In this document: in pieces, positions 36,731-49,849 of the stretch
Position numbering within the stretch: position 1 is the stretch's first letter
Layout of the letters: each line of letters begins with the position of its first letter
Assembly: GCA_035084275.1 (NCBI GenBank)
Contig: CM068749.1
Coordinates: forward strand, 11,966,001-12,030,000
Length of the DNA: 64,000 nt
Direction: 5' to 3'
DNA from: Hydrolagus colliei
Taxonomy: Eukaryota
Position numbers and translations under genes: made by a program
The notes under the pieces: model-generated
What the model was told of the DNA's origin: nothing
The model's input: only the letters and a program-made list of their open reading frames with translations
Databases searched by the model: none

Positions 36731-37818
36731 CCACATGTTACAACATAAAATATAAAGTTAAAATTATATTTGCAAATTAATCATTCATGATACTGTGTCA
36801 TGTAAGTTAATATAGTTAGACAATTTAAACTGTTTTATTACATGGATGTACTGTAATAAGGATTAATATCTATTTTTGTGGAGACACAAGTTAAGCTGTC
36901 TTTTCATACTTATTGTTGAGAAATAAAGACATATAATCTCTTGGCTAGGAAACGTTAAGCATTGGTTTCACAAATTGATTTCCATACTTTTTTCTAATGA
37001 TGGAAACAGAATTATAAGCATAATCATATTGAATTAACTGGAAAATAATTGAAAATGTAAGATAGCAATATAAAAAGGATTTATGCTGCAAAGATAGATA
37101 GCGCAATAATCATGTTTAGTTTCAGCCATAGTTTGTGGTGTAATGCATGCAATTTTAATGCCATTGTGTGTTTATACTATGGATTAAAATTATTCTTTAC
37201 TAATATAACTTAAATGATTATGGAAATATAGTAACTCATCCTAATTACAGTATTACTATACCTACAAGCCATCTGATAAATTAATATAATCTTGCTGGGT
37301 GAAAGTCTATAGTTTGTATCAAATAATTATTGTGAAATATAATGTGAAAAAAGTTATATTCTATGTCGTCCCATAGTTTCTGGACTTGGAGCCAAACTTG
37401 TCCGCCTTAGAGAAACGTGAGGGCGGACGGAAACATGATTGAGATCTACAAGTATTATTATTGCACTTTACAGAAAAGAAATTCTGTGAATTGTTTTGAG
37501 ACATTTCAGTGCCTTGGGATGTCCTCCTGACGTGAAAGGCACCTTATCAATGTAATTTTATTGTTGTTGTTCATTTCGAAATTCTGTGGTGCTCTATCAA
37601 ATGTAAGGATCATTCAATGTAAATCTCGACTGCATAGAGTTCAAAATCAAAAGGCTTCAAGCAATACTAGAATTTGAAAGTTAGTTTTTTTCTACATGGA
37701 AATGTAGACTACCAATTCATGAAGTTGATGTTTTACTGAGCGATGTCATCCACAGACATGGGGTAACCATCCACATGTTTGCGGATGACACACAGATCTA
37801 CTTTGACTCCTCTAGTAC

Positions 37819-38683
37819 TGGGGTCCGTCGATATGGAAATTTTCCGATTTAGATATATCGATGGGCTCATATCGAGATATACTGAAATATCGATATTTTC
37901 AGGTCTTTCGTACTGCGCATGCGCGCATTCCAGGTGCGCGCGCATTCGGGCCCTATCTCCTCAGGAGGTAAATATATTTCTCTCTCTGTGTCTCTCACTC
38001 TCCACTCTCTCCATCTCTGTGTTTTTCTGTCTGTGTCTCTCTCACATCCCCCCCATCTCTATCTATCTGTGTATTACCACATCCACCGTCTCTCCCCCCA
38101 CCCCCCCCTCCCCGCCGTCTCTCTCTCTCCCCCCCCACCCCCACCCAGCCGTCTCTCACCACCACCTGCCGTCTCTCTCTCCCCCCCACCCACCCCCAGC
38201 CATCTCTCTACCCCCCCGCCCCCCCAGCCGTCTCTCTCACCCCCCACTCCCCCAGTCGTCTCTCTCTCCCCCACACAGCCCCCCAGCCGTCTCTCTTCCC
38301 CCCACCCCCCACAGCCGTCTCTCTCAACCCCCCCCACACCCCCCCCAGCCTTCTCTCTCCCCCCCCCCCAGCTGTCTCTCTCCCCCTCACCACCCCCAGC
38401 CTTCTCTCTCCCCCTCCCCCCAACGCAGCCTTCTCTCCACCCCACCCCTTGCATACCTGTATATTGTATTCGAGGACTATGAATACAATATGGTGGCTTT
38501 GCACCTCGGTCTGTGCATTGTGTATAGAGATGAGCATTCTAGGTCTTGTAGTTCAGTGTGCGCGCATTCCGATTTTTTACCTCGATATTCGATATATCGA
38601 TATTTTTAAAATACCTATATCGGCGTATCGATATGAAAATTATATTGGGTTTTAGCGATATATCAATATATCGCCGGACCCTA
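37819..38683 (-). mobile_element. Non-autonomous hAT element, 865 bp, related to 12268-14224 in opposite orientation
   Basis: TIRs TGGGGTCCGTCGATAT / ATATCGCCGGACCCTA. 8-bp TSD TCTAGTAC at 37811-37818 and 38684-38691. Confidence 0.94.
37978..38450. repeat. C/T-rich degenerate minisatellite (unit about cccccagccgtctctctc) inside the hAT element
   Basis: About a dozen copies of cagcc(g/t)tctctc separated by C runs. Confidence 0.92.
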
Positions 38684-39676
38684 TCTAGTACCAATAACAG
38701 CTCCACCGATGTTCTATCAGCTTGTTTGGCACACTAATTAGGGCCTAGATGTGTGCAAACTTCCTTCAGCTGAATGTGGACAAGATGGAAGCCATACTTC
38801 TTGGCTCCTGTTAATATCTTCACTCCTGCGGATCTGAACTATTCAACCACCCTGGGCTCTCTCTCACACTCACCAACAATCTAGCTGTCTGGTTCAACCC
38901 CCCCACCCACAGCTGTTTTTCCTCTCCCACATCAGGTCGCTGACCAATTCTGCCTTCTTCCACCATTGCCACATTGTCTGCCTCCAATTGTCCCTTGATC
39001 CAAATGTGCTCCAAAAGCCTCATGCATGGATTTGTCGTCATCCCCCACCCTCCCACTCCCGTTTGGATTCTTCCAAAGCACTCCTCACCGGTCTCCCCAG
39101 CTCCACTATTCAAAAGATCCAGCTTATTCAAAACTCTGTGGCCCGCATACTTATCCAGGACAACTCTGTACCCACGTCTCACCAGTTCTGCCAGTAACTC
39201 ACTGATTTTTCCAATGGTAGGAAGTCTTTATGTTAGAAAGTAAAGGGCGGCAGAAGCCAGGTCATTGGGTTAGTATAAGAATATAAGAAATTATTTGCTA
39301 TAATAAAAATGATGTTTGGGAAAGGATTCTGGAAGGATCAGATATAAAGCTCTACTGAGATTGTCGCGGAGATTTCCACATATTTTGTTCAGTGACTGGA
39401 TTTTTTTCCTGATTCCCTGATTCACTGCCAAATATGTGCTAGAAATGGAGGCTGATGTAGCATAAATCGTACTGTTTTCAGAAGAGATATGATTCAGACT
39501 CAGTATAAACACCATTGGTATACATCATGCTGAGCTTCCTCTCCTGAGCTTCATGCAAAGCTCACAAACTGTGCAGTTTTCAACAATAAAAATCAATCAA
39601 CTGCTCAGCACAAAAAATCAACCAATTTGGGTTGTCCTGTTTCCAAAAAATGCAGAGCAACAAGTTTAATTACCAT

Positions 39677-40058
39677 AACAACAACAACAACAACAAATTG
39701 CACTTATAGAGCGCCTTTCACGTCGGGAGGACGTCCCAAGGCAGGCGCTGCACAGGAGGCGTGTGACCCGAGCTGGGAGGGGAGTGTTCGGGAGGGGGTA
39801 AGAAACGTAGGGGAGGTCGAAGAATTAGGGGGGGAACAGAAGGCACGGTCGAAAAGGAAAGTCTTCAAACCGGCCTTGAAAGAAGAAAGGGAGGAAACAA
39901 GGCGGAGGGATTGGGGGATGGAGCTCCAAAGGGTGGGAGCGGAAAAACTGAAGGCTCGGCCTCCGATGGTTGGGCGGTTCGGGCGGGGGGCTTGGAGCAA
40001 GCCAAGTCCTGCTGAACGGAGGGTCCGGGTGGGCTTGTAGGGGGGGAGTAGGTCGGAA
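39677..40058 (-). mobile_element. L2 LINE 3' end
   Basis: PYKPTRTLRSAGLGLLQAP...IGGRAFSFSAPTLWSSIP...FKAGLKTFLF. (CAA)n tail. Confidence 0.93.
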
Positions 40059-40273
40059 AAATGTTGAGTCAAATATGAAAGTTAAAATAAATTTAGATAT
40101 GTTTTAAGATATAGTGGGTATAGTGAAAGAGGTATATGCGATTAGGGTGGATATTCCCCAGTAGGTGAGATGATATGAAACAGTAGACTCCTTCTCTGCT
40201 GACAGTTCTATAATAAGAGATCATGCTGTTGTAATGGAATGGAGTCTCATAACCATACTTCATGGTTTCATCC

Positions 40274-40382
40274 ACAAAATAGGCAGTCAATTCACCTTAC
40301 AGTGTATTCTGTGAAGCTCTTTGATACGTCTCGAAGACGTGATAATGCGCTATATCAAATGCAAGGATTATTATTATTATTA
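40274..40382 (+). mobile_element. SINE 3' tail
   Basis: cagtcaattcaccttacagtgtattctgtgaagc...gcgctatatcaaatgcaagg(att)n. Confidence 0.82.
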
Positions 40383-40477
40383 CAGACTGTCTGTGGACAT
40401 GCCCAATAATGCTAAGCAAATGTATTGATTTATTTAAAGTCACAATGACCACTATGAGGGATCTATTAACGAGGAGT

Positions 40478-40993
40478 GCCAATCTCATTGTCCTTCGCTC
40501 CTTTCACTCTCAAGTGCTTCGCTCCGTCCTGTCTCACCATTTCCTCTCTCTAACCTCTACAATCTGGCTTCCATGCTACCCACAGCATGGAGACAGCCCT
40601 GGTCAAAGTCTCTAATGACATTTTAAACATCCTTGATCAGGGCTCGCTCTGCCTCCTTGTCTTCCCGGCCATCCACTCAGCAGGCTCCGGCCTTCTCCAA
40701 GTTCCCACGACGCACCTGCCCCACCATTGGTGGGCGAGCCTTCAGCCACTCTGCCCCTAATATCTGGAACTCCATCCCGCATTCCCTCTGCCTTGCCCAC
40801 TCCCTAGCCTCCTTCAAGTCCTGCCTCAAGACCATCTTCTTCGACAGTCCCATCGGTCAACCCAAATCCTCCCCTTTCCCTCCACCCTCCCCATTCCCAG
40901 CTCTGATCTGAAACAATGACTGTGCAGCCTTTGGACTTCCTCCTGACATGTTAGGAACTACACAAGTGTAATTTTTTGTTGTTGTTGTTGTTA
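40478..40993 (+). mobile_element. Older, internally deleted L2 LINE
   Basis: HSMETALVKVSND (RT region) joined to PTIGGRAFSHSAPNIWNSIP...FKSCLKT. (GTT)n tail. Confidence 0.85.
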
Positions 40994-41467
40994 ACATATG
41001 TGTTACAGTATCCTGACTATTATTTCCTGATAATTAACAACAGATTAGATGAATTACCACTCATTGACTGAGTATTGATAGTAATACGATCATTAATCAT
41101 TTAGTGCAAACATTACCCAACATAGAATACATATGTTGATGTGCTCTATTGTAGCTTAGACAGGATATTTTCAAGAGAGAGAAATAATCCAATAAAGCAA
41201 TACAGCTTGATTTCAATCTAGTGTACAATCATAATTTAGTTACCTGGGGTCCATAATGACTGTGATTGCTCCTGGTGGATATATGTTATTCTATGTACAG
41301 TTTTTATTTAGCCCCTGAACTCAACTGTTCAGTGGTTCAAAACAAAACCTAAACTGTTTCATCACATTATGTATGCATCAGGATTTAATATGCAGCAATT
41401 TTTAACCAGATTCTTTAATAATAAACTCGGTACATGTCAGGAAATTGGCTTTGACAGAATCTTTATT

Positions 41468-42026
41468 CAACAACAACAACAACAACAATTTACATTTATA
41501 TAGTGCCTTTCACGTCGGGAGGACGTCCCAAGGCGCTAAACAAGAGGCGTGTGACCCGAGCTGGGAGGGGAGTGTTTGGGAAGGGGTGAAACATGAAGGG
41601 GAGGTAAAAGAGTTCGGGGTGGAACAAAAGGCACGATCAAAGAGGAAAGTCTTCAAATCGGCCTTGAAAGAGGAAAGGGAAGAGGCGAAACGGAGGGATT
41701 GAGGGATGGCATTCCATAAGGTGGGAGCAGAGAAACTGAAGGCCCGGCCTCCGATGGTGGGGCGGTTCGGGCGGGGGGCTTGGAGCAGGCCAAGTCCTGT
41801 TGAACGGAGGGTCTGGGTGGGCGTGTAGGGGGAGAGTAGATCGGCTAGGTAGGATGGGGCAAGGCCGTGCAAGGCCTTGTAGGTGAGGACGAGGATCTTA
41901 AATTCGATCCTCTGGAGGATGGGGAGCCAGTGGAGACGGGCGAGGGTGGGGGTTATGTGGTCACAGAGGCGGGTGTGGGATAGTACACGGGCTGCAGAGT
42001 TTTGGATGGCCTGCAGCCTGTGAATA
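41468..42026 (-). mobile_element. L2 LINE 3' end
   Basis: HGLAPSYLADLLSPYTP...IGGRAFSFSAPTLWNAIP. (CAA)n tail at 41468-41488. Confidence 0.93.
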
Positions 42027-42569
42027 TTCAGGATGCGGTACCTGTGAATTCTATTTCCCTGATAATTAAAAAAAACTGCACATTAGACACCCATTGTTTT
42101 GAGTAGGTGGGGGAAGGGAACAAAAGCTTGCTATGGCTCCCATGCTATTTGGAATCGTCCTTACACCCATTCAAACCAGAACACCATAAAACTACAGCAG
42201 AAGTGCGTTTAACTCTAATAATGCTCATTAATCCAGAGGTACTGACCTCCACTTCATGCTGATAAATAAAATCAATGTTTAAAACATAGGCTTTATGGAC
42301 TAAACTTACTCTTCATGCCACAGGAAACAATAAAAATAAAACTCTGCCCCAATTAATGATGAATCAAATTAATCAAATTTCCTTAATCCTTGAAATACTA
42401 GCAGACCAAGATAAATTCTGTTCCCCCTGCCCTTTGCTAATCAGTCCAGTTAGTACACAATAGTGATGAAAACATTATTAATATCCCAATAGTACATCTA
42501 CTGAAACATCAGGATGTTTGGGGATATTTTGTTAAACAACTAAAGTATATGATCAAAACTTTTTTCTGT

Positions 42570-42740
42570 CAATTTTTTCCCCTCTTTCTCTCCATGAGGG
42601 CACTGATTTGTATTGGGATATTTTTTCAAGTGGGCTGATCAACCTCCAGTACCTTGCTCAAATGGCCAACAGTTCACCTCTTTGACTTGAGAATGACTGT
42701 CGGCTGTCGGCAGATATGACAATGGTAAGAGGCATTGATC
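42570..42740 (-). mobile_element. Old LF-SINE-like fragment
   Basis: ttttttcccctc...gagggcactgatt...cctccagtacct...aatggcca, similar to 8160-8470 and 33465-33660. Family name is from memory. Confidence 0.4.
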
Positions 42741-43589
42741 AATTATTTAATTAAAAAACACTTAATTTGGGGTATTCTGCGCACCATAAATGTCAACATA
42801 GGGTGTCTTTACTTTTTCCCATGCATTATTAAAAGTGAATGTGCCGTTATAAACTGAGCATCTAAATTATCATGATATACTGGCAGGTCTGAAGCAGCTT
42901 TATTGCTGGGTGTATAAATGCAGCATAAAAAAGATGCTTTAAATTAAGAGAGGTGTTTGTGGGTTACTAGTGCCTGTGGAATTGTAACCCAATAGGTTGA
43001 GGTTGGAAAAAAAATAGAGATAAAACTGATGAGATAAAAACATCTTACACCTTTGTATTAGTGTCAAGACAATTATTGGCTAACACGGGTAGCAGTGAAA
43101 TGCAAATTTAAAGATTAAAATCAATGAAATTGTTGAAACAATGAGGATTCAGCATTACTTGCTTAGCAACAGCAAAAAATGGCCTACTAAGATATGTGTT
43201 GCTTAGTACCTTAACGGGGTTTAGCCCTGTTGGGTTAGAGACGTATTTTTAAAATGAGATTTAATCGGTCAAACACATGAACCTATATTTTGTTATTTAA
43301 AAGGTAAAGCTGGTTTTCAGTCAGAAAATTTAATAGAACTGTATTTATTCTGATTGGTTCTGCATTGACTGCTGCCAGTAATAATGTTGGTGCAGCTATT
43401 TTTAAAGCAATTGGTAAGAGGAATTGTTTTATTCAATCCCAATGCTTTTTATTTATCCCATTGTTATCTTTCTAAAAGTTGTGGGATGTCTGAAATCTCA
43501 ACTACTGTATTCTTTTTGTTACCACTAAGTTACCACAAAAAATAGATGCATTTACACAGCTCTTTTACATGGAAGTAAAAGTAACTTAC

Positions 43590-43673
43590 TGCACAGAGAA
43601 ATCCAGATCCTGGAGTTGTATCCAAACCCAGGAGCAGCCTGGTGATGGAGATCATATAATCCTTCACAAATGA
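43590..43673 (-). CDS. KCNT2: KCNT2 coding exon F (84 nt, phase 0 to 0): [28 protein letters not shown]
   Basis: Translated by hand. Acceptor tttgcttgcag|TCA, donor TGTGCA|gtaagt. Confidence 0.97.
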
Positions 43674-44866
43674 CTGCAAGCAAAGAAGTTCACATTATAA
43701 TAATATTTGACTAAAAAGGGAGAGAAAAAAATTCAATCACAAAAGCTTTTATTGAAATCAACACAGAATAAAGTCATCCAACAGAACATTTTTAAAGAGC
43801 TGAAAAGATAAGAAATTCCCTAATGCTACATCACAAGTTTACAAGATAGGTGAAAAAGGCCTTTCGGCACATTTGATTCCCATCTTTGCAGAATGGTGTA
43901 GCTTACATTTATATTGCACGGACACCATTTTTTTAATTGTTTGGCATAAATCAAAGTACAATATCTTTAGACGGAGTTCATAAACATGATGTCAACTGAC
44001 AAATCGGCGATCCGGGAGAGCTTTATTTACAATGCTTAACCAAAAGCAGATATTATTTATACAATCTCTGTACACTGTAGCCAACTAGTGTATTATTACA
44101 GTGCTGCCACAATTTGAAAAAAAAAGGTGAAGCAGCATCTGATACTAGAAGGTGAATGATATTCACATTTTTTATGACAGTTTGGTGAGAATACAAAATT
44201 GGCAATTGCATAGAGGAAAAGTAGTGTAGGGTTTTTAAAACGATTGTAGAGCAGTGAGATGTCCCATTATTACAATATTGTATCTGTCTTACTCTCGAAG
44301 GTAGAGAGCTATAGGGTTCAACAAATTGTGCAGAATTTGCAGTCAACTCCATTGCTCTCCTCTCCTAAATATTAATGGGGAAGGGACTATCAAAATGAGA
44401 GTGTGGAAATGAAAAAAAATGTAGCCTCAAGTTCAACCCCTGCTTTGAGCTGAGTAAACTAATCTCATCCAGAGCAGAAGTCAGTTTGACATCAGTGCCG
44501 GAGAACTAGGGAAATAATTCAGTCAGGGTTTGCTGTTCAGTAATCCTTGCTAGGAAATGTACTTACAATACAACATACAATTACATCGCTTTTTCATGTC
44601 AGGTGGACGCTGCCTCAAAATGTTGTAGAACCTGAGTAAATCAAGTAAATCTTGAGTGAAGATAGTCAGATTTGGCCCCACTGCTCTGCACTCCTTCCCT
44701 TCCTCTCTCTCCCTCTGCTAACAGTCAAATAGCCAGCCCAGATTTACAGTTTCATTTCATTTCGTGTGAATGTCTGAAATGCACCTATGGAACTAGGAAC
44801 AAGCCTAAATTCAGGAGAAGGGTGGATAAGGAAGAATACCCAGCATTTGTTTCATCTTCTCATATC

Positions 44867-45240
44867 ATAATAATACTTGCATTTAATATAGCGCTTTTCA
44901 CATCTTATCGACATCTCAAAGCGCTTCACAGAATATACTGTACAGTGAATTGACTATATTTGTGGGTGAAACGCGGCAGCCAATTGTGCACAGCAGTGTC
45001 CCACAAACAGTCATGGATTGAAATGACCAATTTTATTGTTGTGTTTTTTTTTGACGAATTATTATTAGGCAAGTGGAGTAAGGAAACTTGCCCAAGGTTT
45101 TGCCCTGATCTGCCTTGGGACGTCCTCCCGACGTGAAAGGCGCTCTATAAATGTAAATTGTTGTTGTTGTTGTTGTTGTTGAAACACAGGTCTCACGTTT
45201 GTAAGGCGACTGCTCTAACCACTGAGCTACAGGAGCTCCA
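44867..45240 (-). mobile_element. Full-length tRNA-derived SINE with an L2 tail inserted in its B box
   Basis: Minus head ggagctcctgtagctcagtggttagagcagtcgcc. Collinear with 14408-14747 apart from the insertion at about 45112-45180. Confidence 0.9.
45112..45180 (+). mobile_element. Extremely 5'-truncated L2 copy (3' tail only)
   Basis: gccttgggacgtcctcccgacgtgaaaggcgctctataaatgtaaa(ttg)n. Confidence 0.9.
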
Positions 45241-45759
45241 TGCAACTATTTTGGTATTTGTTTGACCGGGTTTTTCTACTGCAGGGTTCTATGCTGACTG
45301 AAAGGTCAAGCGATAAAATAACAATTTATTTTCATTAACTGCACAAGAATTCCATTGCTTTGTAAACTACACCAACCTCAATAAATCATTACAATTTTGT
45401 CAGGTTTTTTTTCCTCTGTACTTTTGCACCAAAATGAAATTGGGTTCAGTTCCGACAGGTGTCGTTGCGACAAACCATACAAAGAGATAAGAATTTTTAA
45501 TTTAGATTTGATTTCAGATGAATTTCGAAGAACAAATTTCTAATTTTTTTTCCCTATTAGGTTTGTTAAATGTCAACTTAAAATGATCGGATATCCCCAA
45601 GTTCACCTACAAAATTTACATTGTCATGTACTTCACACTAAATCCTTTAGAACTTTGAGACCTCTTCCTGACATGAAAGACAATCCATCAAACACAAGGA
45701 TTAGTATTTTAATGCTATCTCTTCATCTGAATTGCAATCAAACATTCCCTATTAATCAA

Positions 45760-46633
45760 AACACAAAGTACTACATCATCCTTAGAAACTTCCAACACCT
45801 GCAATGCGACCCATCCACCAAGGATATATTTCCCTCCCTTCCCCTCTCCGCATTCCAAAGAGATCGTTCCTCCGGGATTCTTTGGTCCACTCCACTGTTA
45901 GCACCACCCATTGCTTTCCTTCCCTTGGCACCTTCCCGTGCCAGCGCAGGAGATGTAATACCTGCCCTTTCACCTCCACCCAAACCACTCTCCAAGGACC
46001 TAAATACAGCTTCCATTTGAGACAACGGTTCACATGTACTACCACCAATGAGGTATACTGCATCAGCTGCTCATGGTGTGGTCTCCTCTGCTTTGGGGAG
46101 ACCAAGCGCAGATTGGGAGATCAGTTTGCAAAGCATCTTCGCTCTGTATGGAAGGTCAACCCTGATCTTCCAGTCTCCATCCATTTCAACTTCCGCTCAC
46201 ATTCAGAGGCTGATCTTTCGATCCATGGTCTCCTGCGCTGTTCCAGTGACCCACAGCGAAAGTTTGAGGAACAGCACCTCATCTATCTACTGGGGACACT
46301 ACAGACATCTGGCCTCAACATTGATTTCAGCCATTTCAGGCCATAAAAGCCTTTCCACCCGCCTCCACCCCCCACCCCACCCATCACAAGTTTGTTGAAA
46401 CCCATCCTTTTGTTTATTTTCAACCCATCCGTTAACATTCTTTTTCTTTTGTCTTCTTTGTTTCCTTTGTCTTCCATGTTCTGCCTCTCCCCCTCTCACG
46501 TCTTTAAAAACCTCTCCCTCCAAACAAGCCCCAGTTCTGATGAAGGGTTGGAGTCCCAAAACGTTGACTCATTTTCCTTTCTCCATGGATGCTGCCTGAC
46601 CTGCTGAGTTTCCCCCAGCAACTTCTGTTTCAG
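45760..46633 (+). mobile_element. Penelope-like retroelement, 5'-truncated, with a GIY-YIG endonuclease remnant
   Basis: ORF 45804-46346: CQRRRCNTC...FTCTTTNEVYCISCSWCGLLCFGETKRRLGDQFAKH...EQHLIYLLGTLQTSGLN. 16-bp TSD ATTCCCTATTAATCAA at 45744-45759 and 46634-46649. Confidence 0.93.
46530..46572 (+). ncRNA. Degenerate minimal hammerhead ribozyme motif in the Penelope 3' terminal region
   Basis: CTGATGA at 46537-46543, stem GGG...CCC, then AAAAC instead of GAAAC. Penelope-like elements are known to carry minimal hammerheads here. Confidence 0.6.
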
Positions 46634-47019
46634 ATTCCCTATTAATCAATTTCTAATCTACAATAAAGTTATAGTTCACATCATGTAAATTCATTAGGTA
46701 CCGGTACTGCCAATTTAAGGATGAGAAATGATTAATGTAGTCCAAATGAAACTACTGGCTTTGTAGGATTGGTAACATTTTTGAATAAGTAAGGCTATGA
46801 ATGCATTATATGGAAATGTAAATTTTATTTTATGAATGTCAAAGCAGAATTCTGATTCACAAATCCTGCTTTAGTAATTATAAATAAAGGACAATGTGAT
46901 TTTATGGTAATGACATTAAACTTGCAGGCCACCTTTTATAAATTAAAATAAAAGCACAATTAAAGAGATGGCTCAGTGGCGTATTGGTGTTAACTCCCAG
47001 CGATGAGCTTGTGCCTGTG

Positions 47020-47712
47020 ATTTCCAAGCTGTGGAGCGTTTGACAGTGGCAGAGTCTGACAAAGAGCCAAGGAGAAGAAGGAGAGGGGAGTTAACGATGC
47101 ATGATCAAAGCAAGATCTTTAGACAGGATTTTAAAGTGGGGAGGGAGGAGGCAAGATGGAGGGATTGGGTGAGGTGGGGGAGAGTTCCAGAGTTTCAGGT
47201 TGCAGTGGCTGAAGGCACAGCCACCATAGGTGGAGCAGAGTGGACGAAGGACAAACAGGACACCAGAGCTGGCTGAGCACAGTGTGGGGTAAGATAGGTA
47301 GGGATGAGTGAGGACATGAAGGGATTTGAAAATGAGTGAGAGGATCTTTCAATTGATCCGTTTGGTATTTGGGAGCCAGTGGAGCCTGACAAGGACTAGT
47401 GTGATGGGGGTACCAAGTTCTGCGACGGTCAGTATTCAGGTGGCGGTGTTTTGAATCAATTGAATTTTATGTATGGTGGAGTTGGGGAGACCACGAGAAG
47501 GGCATTGGAATAGTCCCACTGGGAAGTGACAAAGGCGTGGACGAGGGTTTCGGCTGTGTTGGCTGCGAGGTTCGGGCGGGGGTAGGCAATGTGGCGGAGA
47601 TCTTGGGTCAGGGAATGGATGTGTGGTAGAAAGGAAAGCTGGGGATCAAAACTGATCCCTAAGTTGCATGTGGGTTCAGTGAATCTGTGGGAAAGCCCGG
47701 GGAGGTTGAGGA
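47020..47712 (-). mobile_element. Older L2 LINE
   Basis: NLGISFDPQLSFLPHIHSLT...TAETLVHAFVTSQWDYSNALL, with frameshifts. Confidence 0.85.
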
Positions 47713-48161
47713 CTTCATATTCTGATTTGGTAAAATAATAAAATGCTCTTTGCAATCCAGTGGCTCTTGCAGACAGTGAAGCAACAGTGCCTTCTGTCTA
47801 AATACAGATACATGCAATATTCATTTGCTTTTTTCATCGGTGCAAGCCAAAATAAACTAATATAATAAATTAAGTCTTGTTAGGAGGTTGTTTTGTTATT
47901 TTGATAGAGTCAAACACCTTGTTTCATTACTTGGATAAGCTGATTATATTCACCAGTATAATAACATTTTACACAGTTTGATTTATTAGACACATGTTAA
48001 ATCAATAAAAACGTCAATCAGTCTGCTTAAAAAAACAGATACTAATTTACTCAACAGGTACAAGCATATTTTCATTTTTGAATTGGCAAGATTCCAGGAG
48101 AAATTAGGCCGCTGTTACTTTGTATTAGGTTTGCTGCCATTCTTCAGAGGTACTGGATTTA

Positions 48162-48287
<126 letters not shown>

Positions 48288-48767
48288 TTATGTGAAACAG
48301 ATAGAAAGTTATTTGTTTCAATAGAGCAACACTGCCTCTACCTGGGCACTTGAAGAATTAAATGAAGCCCCATAGAACTATTTGTGTTGATAACAGTATA
48401 AAACACCAGATAAAAACTAAGCCACCATGATAGATTTTGCTTGTGAGCCGTACAGAATATAATAACATGATCTCACAAAAAACTCAGGGAAGCAAAACAT
48501 TTTTTTTTGCAAATGTAGTTGGTTGTACTTTGACACATGCTTAATTTAAACTAATCCAAAACACGTCAAATGTGTCAGCCAAATAAACCTGGTAACAATT
48601 GCCCCTAAATTAATTGAAGTTAATATTTTTCAGTTATTCTTTCATAATCTGCAAATTGTGTTTTTCACTGTCAAATAAACTGAGCATTCAATTCTTAAGC
48701 ACTGACAATAATTGTGTGATTTGGTTGTACAGAGGGTGAAATTGTTGAATTTGGGAATTGTGGATGT

Positions 48768-49203
48768 CAAGGGGTCACATAGCCCAGTGTGGGAGAGGAC
48801 ACAAGCTGCAGAGTTTTGGATGATCTGCAGCCTGTGGAAGGAAGAGTTGGGAAGAACTACAAAGCAGGGCATTGGCATAGTTGAGCCTGGATGTTGTGAA
48901 GGCATGTATGGGTCGAACAAGATGCTAGGTTCCTGAATGGCTTGGTGAAGTGGTGTGTGCATCCATGGATGCTGATGCTGCCGGTGGCTGAGGTGTGGAG
49001 GTATTGGCATGAGCTAATCGTGAGAGCTGACTTTCAACTGTAAAAAGCTGGCTCTCATTCAGGACTTGATATCTGTCAGGATGTCAGTTATCCTGGAATC
49101 GAGGCAAAGAGATAGAGTTGGGTGTCATCCGCATACACCTGGAAGTTGACCCATGTCTGCGGATGATGTCACCAAGAGGGAGCATGTACAAATTGAAGAG
49201 AAT
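48768..49203 (-). mobile_element. Old L2 LINE fragment with the RT catalytic box
   Basis: Reverse complement of about 49122-49135 encodes YADD. HRLQIIQNSAACVLSHT downstream. Confidence 0.78.
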
Positions 49204-49849
49204 GTTTGTAAAATGCTACTGCACTTATTCTGCAGGTTTGCAAGCCCCATGATTTTTCAATTTGATTAGCATAAAACTCACAGTAAACATAGCAAATATG
49301 TTGCCAGGCCACAATAAATTTGCTTGTCATACTGTTTTCTTCCAGACTGGGTATTTTGTCAATGACTGAGCCAAGCCATGTACAGTATTAACTCCAGCAG
49401 CAATGTTTCATTGTTTTATTTATTTGAAAACTGATTCATTGCAATGGTCATATTTGTTTGAGCATCTTGGTGATCAAGCATATCATTGCTGTGATAATCT
49501 ATCAAAATACATGAAATGAATGATTGACCAATTTTCTGTATACCAAACAAGGACTTTGTATTGTGAAGTCTACATTCCATGTTCATCTGTGCATGATTTA
49601 CGCAGCAAGAAATAAAGTATCATAACTTGTCTATCATCAACTATTTTTCATTTTGGGAAGTAGAATTTAGATCCTATCACTAATAACAATGCTCTCTTCA
49701 GAATATAGTTATTGAATGTATGTTGAATAAAAAGTACAAAACTTGACACTGTGTACAGCTTTGGAATAATTTCTGCTTTATAATAAATTCAGAATTTATT
49801 ACTGTTGCTCCTTATCTACGATCCCATTACCATATGAAGAAAGAATTCA

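Larger units (their letters stand above)
37735..39190 (+). mobile_element. Old L2 LINE RT-domain fragment, split by a hAT insertion
   Basis: DVIHRHGVTIHMFADDTQIY (YADD-like box) at 37742-37801. Resumes after 38691 with FLQLNVDKMEAILL and IQKIQLIQNSVARIL. Confidence 0.82.

Noticed and set aside
37779-38609. 277-codon and overlapping Pro/Ser-rich ORFs
   Set aside because: Produced by the C/T minisatellite inside a non-autonomous hAT element.
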